From the human T2T-CHM13v2.0 reference genome, Homo sapiens: 64,000 nt of DNA. The position numbers and the translations under genes are program-made. Below the pieces are notes generated by a model. It ran no database searches and had not been told where the DNA came from. It saw only the letters and a program-made list of their open reading frames with translations. Positions 54,240 to 64,000 of this stretch are shown here, in pieces; position 1 is the first letter of the stretch; each line of letters begins with the position of its first letter. The stretch lies in assembly GCF_009914755.1 (NCBI RefSeq), contig NC_060926.1. One strand, given 5' to 3'.

Positions 54240-55000
54240 TTCTAGCAAAAAAAAAATAGCTCTAGGCTAATACTTGGCTTGGCATATATTAAAAATCTGT
54301 TTGGAAGCAAACTGTTTTTAAAGTACCTTGGTTTTAATTAGTTTAGCATTTTAATTCTAAGAAAGGATGAGAAACCTTAATAAGAAGCATTTTCCATTTG
54401 GGTGTTTAAATCTGCACCATAATGTTACATTAAAATCATTTCTGGTGTGTTAATTAATAATTATGTTAGGAATATTGCAAATGTGAAAGGCCACTGTGAC
54501 TCACCGAGCTTCATCTGAGCTCATTCCATTTTAAAATTCTATTAATCGTTGTTACAAATGACAGGATCATTTAATTTCTTAAATGAGACATTTTTATTAC
54601 ACATCGGGCCTTTCATCCAAGTGAATTTTATTGGCTGTGACAGGTCCTGAAACTCATTTTTATTTTTCAAAATGCATTTTGTCAAATATTTTGCCTCTAA
54701 TGAATGAATGTTTAGACTCCAAATAAATCCGGCTATGCTTCCCCAGTTCTCTTCCCAAGGATCGGAAGAGCACTCACTGTATACAGAGCTCAACGGGGTA
54801 AGAACAGAACAGGCAGGTGTCAGTCAAGTCCAGGGTACATCCATGAGCTTTGCAATCACAACCAAAGCAACCACGTGGAAATGCACTTTTGTGCACATAA
54901 ATGGCCTTTTACCATTTTTAATTTGCAGCCTATAAACAGCAGTATGATGGACAAGATAAAATCATTCAAAATGTTAAAAAGATAAATAATTTAATATTTA
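54240..55000. promoter_or_regulatory. Candidate developmental enhancer (HOX/CDX, MEIS and AP-1 motifs)
   Basis: Repeat-free; TTAATTAA 54450, TGACTCA 54497, TGACAG 54559 and 54638, TTTATTAC 54593, TTTATTGG 54627. Confidence 0.45.
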
Positions 55001-55903
55001 TAGCAAGTTAGGATACATTGAAAGGCTTGGGTTGGGTTTACAGAAAATTGATGTCCTCTAAGAGGTGACTGCCCCATCTAATCCTTCCTTTCCACAGTCA
55101 TCGACATTGGTTTAAAAATATTAAAACATTTAAAACATTGTTCCTGAAGAGACTCCTTGGTCAAAGGCTGGAAAAGTTGTATTCACTTTTATGCTAAACC
55201 CACTCAATAATTTGGCATTTTCAACATTGCAAGGGAGCCAGAAGTCTGTGGGGTTCAAGTAGTTTGCTCAACTCCTAAATTTTATTATCACTAGTATTCT
55301 AATGATACTATCTATTAGTATCCACCTCTTCCAATTTCATATCTCTTCTACTAGCTAAAAAGTAATAGGAATAGGAGCCCCTTTGGTGGAAAAAAATGTT
55401 TTGTTATTGGGTGCTTTGTTTTTTATTCCTTTTTTTTACCTCTTTTTAAAAGTAAAGATCCTTTTTAAAGGTACAGATCCTTGCTGTGACCTGTGTGGTC
55501 ATTTTGATAACCATGAAACAAGTGGGGAAAACTGAGGCTCCAAGAGATTAAGGTACTCACCTCAGGCAATGCAGGATTCACATGCAGATCTATCTGGAAC
55601 TTTCCATGGGTGCCATGCTGCCTGCTGTGTTAAGGTTATTGTGACTTGAGGCAAATGGTGGCCTGGAGTCACTAAGCACTCAAGACCACATATGAAGGCA
55701 CAGAAAGCAACAGCACTTAGTTTCTAGGTCCCAAACACTGAGTAAATCTCAGGAGAACTTCAGTGGGGGTGGCAAATTAAAGAAAGCCACACATTCTTTG
55801 ACACTTGTCTCACGGAGAGATGAGTTCTATTTTCCCTCCCCTTGGATCTGGACTGACCAGGGGCTGCTTTGACACATAGAGGATAGTGAAAGTGACTCGA
55901 GGC

Positions 55904-56085
55904 TATGGCTGTCAGAGAAAATACAGAACACCCAGCCCCATTTGAATTTCAGATAAATTACAATTTCTGCATGAGTATGTTCCATGTAATATTTGAGACA
56001 CTCTTATACTAATAATTAGTGTTATTCATCTGGAATTCAAACTGAACTGGGCATTCTCTCATATTTCCTAAAGCTGGCAACCCTA
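55904..56085. mobile_element. MER53 palindromic hAT MITE
   Basis: TTTGAATTTCAGATAAA / TCTGGAATTCAAA inverted arms, CTGGCAACCCTA end, 8-bp TSD CTCGAGGC/CTCTAGGC. Confidence 0.85.
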
Positions 56086-56430
56086 CTCTAGGCCAGTTCC
56101 AAGACTTGCCTTTAGGAGAACTGGAAGCTTTCACCTTGGCCCCTTGGAGTCCTCAGCTCTCATGTAAGGAGTCTCTATTGCCCTGATGGAGAGACTGTGT
56201 GAAGAAGACTTGAGGGGACAGGGAGGTAGGGAGGGTCCCATTGAGCCCAACCCTGCAGCCCACCCTGCCAAGGCTTTAAGTATGGGAATGAAGCTGTCTG
56301 GGATGGTCAGACCAGCCCCCAGTGAACTCCACTGTGCAGTCCTGGTCCACACCAAGTGAAACAGAAGGCTCATCAGGCCCTTCCTGAAACCCTTATCCAC
56401 AACATCATAAAGCATGATAAAATGGTTATT

Positions 56431-56717
56431 GGTCAGGCGCAGTGGCTCAGGCCTAATTCCAGCTCTTTGGGAGGCCGAAACAGTGGATCATGAGGTCAAG
56501 AAATCGAAACCATCCTAGCAAACATAGTGAAACCCTGTCTCTACTAAAAATACAAAATGTAGCCAGGCGTGGTGGGGTGCACCTGTAGTCCCAGCTACTT
56601 GGGAGGCTGAGGCAGGAGAATGGTTTGAACCCAGGAGGGGGAGGTTTGTTGAGCTGAGATCACACTACTGCACTCCAGCCTGGCAACAGAGCAAGACTCC
56701 ATCTCAAAAAATTAAAG
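56431..56717 (+). mobile_element. AluSc-like
   Basis: GGATCATGAGGTCAAG diagnostic shortening; TSD AATGGTTATT. Confidence 0.95.
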
Positions 56718-56749
56718 AATGGTTATTGTATTTAGTCACTACATTGTGG

Positions 56750-57108
56750 TGATATGGTTTGGGTGTGTCCCCACCCAAATCTCATCTTGAATTGCAGTTC
56801 CCATAATCCCTATGTGTCGTGGGAAGAACCCATGGGAGTTAATTGAATCATGGGGGCAGGATTTTCCCATGCTATTCTTGTGATAGTGAATAAGTCTCTG
56901 AGATCTGATGGTTTTATAAAGGGCAGTTCCCTGCACATGCTCTCTCTTGCCTGCTGCCATGTAAGATCTGCCTTTGCTCCTTCACCTTCTGCCACGATTA
57001 TGAGGCCTCCCCAGCCATGTGGAACTATGAGCCCATTAAACCTCTTTCCGTTACAAATTACCCAGTCTAGAGTATGTCTTCATAGCAGAATGAGAACAGA
57101 CTAATACA
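56750..57108 (+). mobile_element. THE1 solo LTR
   Basis: TGATATGGTTTGG...CTAATACA; TSD TGTGG/TGCAG. Confidence 0.95.
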
Positions 57109-57870
57109 TGCAGGGTAGTTTACTATGCAGCAATAGATCACTGGAACAGAACTGAAAAAAGAGGAGGAGGAAAAGTGAAATCAAAGCTAAGGCCCACAAC
57201 CATTGGAGGGTAACAAAAATCACAAAATGGCCTTGAGACATTGGAAAACAGACAACTGTTTATTCCACATCAATTTTTAAATTAAAGTGTTGAATTTATT
57301 ATAACCTTTACTTTGGCTTTTTGAGTGAAAGTTGATAATTCACAAATACATTTTTAAAAATATGCCCCGAAACTTAAGAATAATTCTAAGGAATATTTCT
57401 CAATCTTCACCTCGATAGGTCTTTCCTTTTACTGCATGGTACTTTTTAAAGAATAATTTAGAATAGCTTGTTTATGAGATATCAGCAGCTGTTGATTCAT
57501 TTGCTAATTAATGATTCAGGCAAAATCAGTGTATAATATCCAGTGATAACCAGTTTATAATTATGAGTTCCTTCCTTGTCATAAACCTTATAAATTACAG
57601 ACAATTTCAGAATTTTTACTCATCATTAGCTGCCGAATAGACTCTTTGAACGATTCCATTCATTATCTCATGAATTACATGCAAGCAAGAGGCCCAAGCT
57701 TTTTCTTTGTCTTTCCTTCTTTATTATCTCCCAGGACCAGTCAAGGACCAATACCTGTGGATCCTGCCTCCTAAATTGCTTTCAAGGCCATGCCCTTCTC
57801 TTTACCCCCTCATGGTTTAGGACAGTGATGACGATATTTTAACCAGTCATCTTGCCACCATCATTGTCCC

Positions 57871-58334
57871 TGGGCCAGCTGAATGGTATCACCTTCAGAT
57901 CCCGGGAACCTCTTTGAATTTGTTACCTTACCTGGCAAAAGGGACTTCACAGCTGTGATTAAATAAAGGCTGCTGAGGTAGGGGGATTTTTCTGAATAAT
58001 CTGGGTGTGCCTCATGTAATCACAGATTCATATAAGAGGGAGGCAGTCGGTTACAGTCAGAGGGAGTGAGGATGACGGGACAACAGAATGAGAGGCTGGA
58101 GTGCTGTCCTCTGAAGACCGAGGAAGGGACCATGAGCCAAGGAACACAGGAGGCCTCGAGGAAACAGAAAAATCGAGGAGACAGACTCTCTCCTGAAGCC
58201 TCTAAGAGAAACACAGCTCTGCCAACACTTCGATTTCTACTTCTGACCTCCAGACAGTCACAGAAGAAATATGTGCTGTTTTAAGCCACCAAACTGGTGG
58301 TAATTTATTACAGCAGCAATGGGAAACTAATCCA
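57871..58334 (+). mobile_element. MLT1D-like LTR within L2
   Basis: GTTACCTTACCTGGCAAAAGGGACTT..TTTAAGCCACC..AACTAATCCA; TSD GTCCC/CTCCC. Confidence 0.85.
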
Positions 58335-58944
58335 CTCCCTGATTAGTTCTTCACACCAGCAGGTCTCTTTAAGACATACATATGTTCATATCATCCCCGG
58401 CATAAAACTTTTTATAAAGACTTCCAATTTATATTGGAATAAAGTCAAAATTCCTTAATGTGGCCTGCAGGAGCTGTTCCAGCCTAACCTTTGTCCTCAT
58501 TTGTTTTCATTCACCCGCTTGCTTGCTAAACTCTAAGCAAAGTGGCCTTCCTTTTGTTCATCAAACAGTCCAAGTTCTTCCTGCCTCAAGACCTGGGACA
58601 GAGATCAGAACCTGTCACAAACCTCATCTGTTTTCTTCCTAGTGCCATAGAGAGGTTACACTTCGAGTCTCCCTTGAAGTTAACTAGGACCATGTGACTC
58701 TTTGGTCCATAGACCAAATAGAAGACTGATCTCTACCCCTGCTGACCCAGGCCCCTGCAATTCACCCTGCCGCCCTCTGCTTCCCTCTGACAGCTGAATG
58801 CACAGGACATGGGGTTTGGAGGTTGGTAGAGTCCAATTACCATGTGGCTGAACGAATTTCACTTTGGCAGTGATGTGAACAGTGGTGGACTGGGATAGAA
58901 AGACTGGAGGTAGAGGGACCAGTTAGGAAACCACTGGTAAAAAG

Positions 58945-59225
58945 AATAACAATAATAAATGTATATTGTTATATTGTTAACATTTATTATATCATAAGTA
59001 TAATATATACCAAGCACTGCACTAAGAACAGAATTCCATTAAAACTCATTTACTCTTCATAACAACCATAGGGGCAAGACGATATAATTACGCCTGTTTT
59101 ACAGATATGAAAACTGAAACAGAGAAGTTAAGTAACTTCCCAAGATCATACAGCCAGTGAGCAATGGAATGACAATTTGAACCAGGCAGTCTGATGCCAA
59201 GTCCAATGCTTTTAACTACTACTTT
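58945..59225 (-). mobile_element. MIR (representative; further MIRs at ~7020, 32850, 33040, 33460, 35500, 35730, 37020, 39600, 40830, 44040, 51930, 55500, 60700, 63260)
   Basis: TTTTACAGATATGAAAACTGAAACAGAGAAGTTAAGTAACTTCCCAAGATCATACAGC. Confidence 0.9.
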
Positions 59226-59718
59226 ATACTGGGGTTGCTGTTACTTTCAAGGACAGTGGCAGCAGAGAAAGAGAAATCCCAATGTAAGGAAAAAGTTGTC
59301 AGACATGACACAAAGTGTTTAACCACAGTGAAAACAGAGGAGCTGTGTTATTCTGGCTCTTTCCAGTGTTTAACTTAGCCTCATACAAAATCCCCTGGAT
59401 ACTAGATTCCCTTTTTTAATAGAAACCAAGCCTTGGAATCAAGTAACATTCCCACCATTAAGGTGTCCTCAAACCTGTGCCTGGTTACTTCTGCCCTTTC
59501 ACTCCACATCTCTCACAACCTCTAGACAAGGAGAGGCCAAGAGAACATTGCAGGGAACTAAACAGAGATCATAACCAAGGGCAAAAACGAGGACGGTTCT
59601 TCTTGGGAAGTTGGAGTGAGTATTTGGGATTACTACAGACAATTGTAATTCTCCTGGGTGCCTGTCACCTTTGCCTTTCCAGTCCTAATCTCGGTAGTAG
59701 GTATTTATAAACAGTACC

Positions 59719-60091
59719 TGTATTAGTTCATTTTCATACTGCTATAAAGAACTGCCTGAGACTGGGTAATTTATAAAGGAAACAGGTTTAATTGACTCAA
59801 TGTTCTGCATGGCTGGGGAGGCCTCAGGAAAATTACAGTCACGGCGGAAAGGAAAGCAAGGCACCTTCACAAGGCAGCAGGAAGGAGAAGTGCCTGATGA
59901 AGCAGGGAACGGCCCCTTATAAAACCATCAGATCTCGTGAGAACTCACTCACTATCACGAGAACAGCATGGGAGAAATTGCACCCCCATGATTCAATTAC
60001 CTCCACCTGGTCTCTCCCTTGACACTTGGGGATTATGGGCATTAAAATTCAAGATGAGATCTGGGTGGGGACACAAAGCCTAACCATATCA
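59719..60091 (-). mobile_element. THE1D-like solo LTR
   Basis: TGTATTAG...CCATATCA; TSD GTACC/GTGCC. Confidence 0.95.
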
Positions 60092-60239
60092 GTGCCCAAT
60101 CGAGCTGCTCCTGATTAGGGAGTGACATTAATAGAACGCCCCTCTATAGTCCTGGATTCATAAAGAGTTCTCTGCAGTTAGGTCCCCTATTGATTTGATC
60201 ACATGACTTTTTTTTTTTTTATTTCTTCAAATAACAAGT

Positions 60240-60470
60240 CTAGTCCTGCATGGGGGCCTGCTTCAATTAGACGCCAGCACTACGATAATTGTAATTTTTT
60301 CCTTTGGTATGCATGAGTGTTCCTGTGGGAACATAATTTAGCTGGACATATTAAATCATGTCATCGGCAGTCACAAGCCAAATGAATTATTGATCAATGG
60401 CTGTGAAATCAAAGTGCATCTGCAGAATTACATTTGGAAGCAGGGATTCATTTACAGTAAACTTGACTCT
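60240..60470. promoter_or_regulatory. Candidate developmental enhancer (PBX-HOX, MEIS and TCF/LEF motifs)
   Basis: TTAAATCA 60351 abutting TGTCA 60359; ATTGATCAAT 60389; ATCAAAG 60408. Confidence 0.45.
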
Positions 60471-63400
60471 GGAAGTGCTCCATCTGACTGAGTGCAGGGT
60501 GGAGTGATCTCTCCATGGCTTTACTTCTTATCCTCTAAGTATCTGTATTGTGTCTTTGATAGGGCCTTGCTGAATCTAAAGTAAATACAAATGCTGCCGT
60601 GATTATCATTTGAGGTGATTGTCTTCTATTTAAGAGTAGAAATAGAAAATTGGAGTTTCCAGCCTGTATGTTACCTCCTACCCAAAATGACACCACTGCT
60701 ACCAATATTCCTCAGCAGCCATTGAGTGACACTGTGGCAGGCACTGCCCTCCACTCACAGGGCTCCTTCACTGGCCTTCCTTGCTGGGATTGTTCTTCCC
60801 TCACACAGCCACATGGCTAGTTCCCTTGCCCCTTATGTGTCATGCTGTTTAATCGTCTCCACCCTGTTAGGCCAGCACAATTATTATCCCCACTGGACAA
60901 ACAAGGAAACAGACAGGGTTAAAGAACTCTCCCAGAACTGCACAGCTAGCAAGCAAGACAGGTAAGATTCAAACCCAGGCAGCGTAAGTCCACATCAGAT
61001 GTGCAGCGCCTCTGCCCATGGGAGACAGGAAAGAAGAACGTGGGTAGCAGGTGTCTGGGGAGCCTGCCTGGCTAGTATCGAAACAGGCCATGGAATGTAG
61101 GGTGGGGGGTGATTTCACCTTCATACCCCTCCTCCCCATTTCCCACAGGCACTTTTCAAATTTTCACACAGGTCACAGGGGTCTTCTGAAAATACAGATT
61201 CTGACTCCCTCGGAGCAGGGTAGGCCAGAGGCTTTGCATTGCCAACAAACTCAGGTAGTGCTAATGCCGCTGGCCCGTGGCCAGGTCTGGAAGGCTGGGT
61301 CAGGGGGAGGAAGGCTGAGTGAGGAGGCTAGTACATCTGTCAGGGTCCTGGCAGACCAAGATGGCGCATCCAAGGGCTATGGAAGAGCTTATTGAAGAGA
61401 CTGTTTCCAGAGGGGCGAACAGGTTAAGGGAACCAACAGGGTGACTTAAAGACCCAGAAACTAGCAGCAGGAAGCTGCTACCTGGGTCTGAAGGGTGATG
61501 AGGAGAGGGGTCTGGCCCTGGGAGAGGGGCCATCAGGGGAATCATCTCCAAGGGAATCATCTGGTGCCTGTGCCTCGGCTAAAGAGGTGCCCTCCCAGTG
61601 GCTGGTTTGTGTGGTCTCCTGCATATGGTGTTCAGCTACACCTTGGCCTCCTAAGCAAGGAAAGCCATGCCTTCTCTGGGCACCCTGTAACCACAGTCTC
61701 AAGGATCCCATGCCTCTAGTAACCTCCATCCTCTCCCACATGGAGCCACAAGAACCTGAGACCTCTTCTACACCTTCTAATGGACTCAGAAACCTGGAAT
61801 GGGGTGAGGGTGACCTGCATCTTTCTCCCAGGCATATAATACTGTGGTCTCAGCTTGCCTCCTGCCTTCAGAAATCTCTGGACCCAAAATAGACAACAGC
61901 CTCTATGGCCGAGCACATCCTCCAACTGCAGGGAACCTGTGTGAAGCTCTCCTAAAGACTCCCCCAGATTCCACTTTGACAGCAGCACCAAGACGGGCCC
62001 CGGGACTTCTGGAGCTCAGCAAGTGTCCAGAGGGAGAAAGCTGCCAGGCTCCTCATGCTGCAGACACTTCCATGGGCCCTAATAATTCCCCTGGAGACCT
62101 GCCCTTGACTTCAAGGAAAGACACCACCTCTACTGTGGGACTCCCCCACCGCCAGACTCCATGTACCCAAGAACGCCAGCCACCCGACTTCCTGGGGATG
62201 GCAGTGGCAGGATGGTGGCTGCTGTTTATAGGGCCTATGGAAGGTGTCCAATATTAATTTCTAACACTCTCTTTAGAATATGAGAACACTTAACACATTT
62301 TGTTTTCAATTATGGGTCTTAGTTGCACGAGAAAAGCTTCATGCATCATCTTACTACAAATGAAACCAGAACATACCCGTAGATGGACTTGTTAACAATG
62401 CTGGTAAAAGTGTGGTTAGGAGAGGTTGCTGCACCTTCTCAGAGAAATGAGCTTTGGCTTTGGGTTTTATTGCAACTCTCACCTTTACTGCAACTGTAAC
62501 TGAGTCTCGTTACAAATCCTGCACATTTACTCTTCCCAAGGGCCTTGTGTGTGACGGATACTCAAATATTTTTTGATGTTTGTAAAGCAACCCCATGTTC
62601 TTTGACACATGGATTTTAAGCATGTGATTAGAGGTCATAGCTGCAAAACCAGCTGGCGCCAGAGGTCCTTCCTCCTCCATCTGAAGCAGCAATTCCTCAG
62701 AGAGTCCATGGAGTTTGGGAGAAATGGACAAGAAAGAGTTGAAGGAAAGGGGATCCCCACAACGTCAGCTACACCAGCCAAATAAACAGAGGCCATGGGA
62801 GGGGTGACAGATGTTGCTGTCAAAACACATCATCATGAGCATTGTGACACTAAGCTGACAGTGTGTCTAGTAATAAGATTGACATATGAGGTTCAAGTCA
62901 TACAATCTGGGAGGTTTAGTTGTAAAATGATCAAAATACATGCAATTTCTGCCAGGACCTCATCTCACCATATATTGTTGGAAGGCATCTGATTCCAACT
63001 ATCCTGGCCACTCCTAATGGGTTTTTCTTCAAGCAAATTTTATGGCCTTCAGGCTCCAAGAAGCATGATATCCACTTTGTAAGTCCTTCCTAATTGGCTA
63101 TCCACATTCCTACGCACTGCACCCTATCTCCCAGGGGCATGTGGTGGCTGTGGAAGGCCTGCTTTTTCATGATATCTGTTCAGCTGAGCATTCTCTTTGA
63201 GGACTAGGATCCAATTTCAGTCTGGACTGTTCATGGCATTATAACAACCATAATACCTAACAATCATGATGTGCTTACTGCATGCCACGCTCTGTTTTAA
63301 GAACATTACATGTGTTACTTCACTTAACCCTCCAACAATCATATGACGCGTGCAGATTAGGAAATTGAGGCACGAAGCTGGATAGACTACAGTGACCAGT

Positions 63401-64000
63401 GACAGGGTGAATCATTGAGACAGTGAAAAAAACAGAGATGAGGACTCGGTGCACCTGCTTTCTACTCCAAATTTCTATGGGTGATCTGTTATGTTTTCCC
63501 TCTCTGCTGACTAGTAGATGATAAATAACTCTGTATTTGCAAGAAGAATCTCTCAGGTGTCCATGCACAGTTCACTTTCACTCTGTGAGTCTAACTGCAA
63601 GACTTCTTTAGGGAACATCACCCAACAGCATAGACCTCATAGTGATGCAAAACAAATAAGTCACATTTGTGATAACCAAAAATTGCTTTGTGTAGTAAAG
63701 CGTGACTTTAATAAGCTTTAAATGGTACAATTGCATAATTTACAATGGATATACTCTAATAGCACCATTTCTATAGCTCACACCCTGGCAAAAATTTTAA
63801 AGCCTAATTTCCATTGGAAAAATAACTTTCTCTTTTGCAAGTGGTCTCTAAATGAGAAAAGGCATTTGTATCAATTACTCGACACAGGAGACACAGTGTT
63901 GATCTACAAAATGAATTTTAGAAGGGAAAGGGATGGGAAGAGAGAGAGAAAATAATTTTAAGTAAATTGCATGCTGGACCTGCCAAAAGAGTATCTGGGT

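Larger units (their letters stand above)
55763..57148 (+). mobile_element. MLT1G/H-like LTR hosting three nested insertions (MER53, Alu, THE1)
   Basis: CCACACATTCTTTGACAC start; ends TATGCAGCAATAGATCACTGGAACA; continuous across the insertions. Confidence 0.8.

Noticed and set aside
55904-56085. MER53-derived miRNA hairpin (miR-1302-like)
   Set aside because: The arms are heavily diverged; the palindromy is explained by the MITE itself and there is no expression evidence.

Overview
Primate, almost certainly human, genomic DNA (AluS/AluJ, THE1, L1PA, and dense MIR/L2/MLT1). I see no CpG island and no recognisable conventional protein-coding gene; most entries in the ORF track are chance or repeat-derived. 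Repeat family names are assigned from memory of consensus sequences, not from a search. Main result: a hand-assembled, four-exon spliced ORF on the minus strand (40550-40460, 28780-28657, 15733-15616, 13173-13087; 420 nt, 139 aa) with canonical GT-AG sites and matching phases at all three junctions. Its last two exons are exonised from a decayed ERVL (LTR16/HERV16-like) provirus at ~12.3-18.7 kb, and part of exon 3 reads in the ancestral reverse-transcriptase frame. An old local ~420-bp duplication (~9.9-10.3 kb) carries a second copy of the last-exon acceptor whose frame stays open for 108 codons, so a 219-aa alternative isoform is possible. This looks like a young, transposon-built (de novo) gene or a lncRNA with an ORF. 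The peptide feels familiar as a human 'putative uncharacterised protein', so it may already be annotated, but I cannot name it. The repeat-free islands carry homeobox/TALE/TCF motif clusters and a MRE+ARE cluster, suggesting enhancers in a gene-poor regulatory region.
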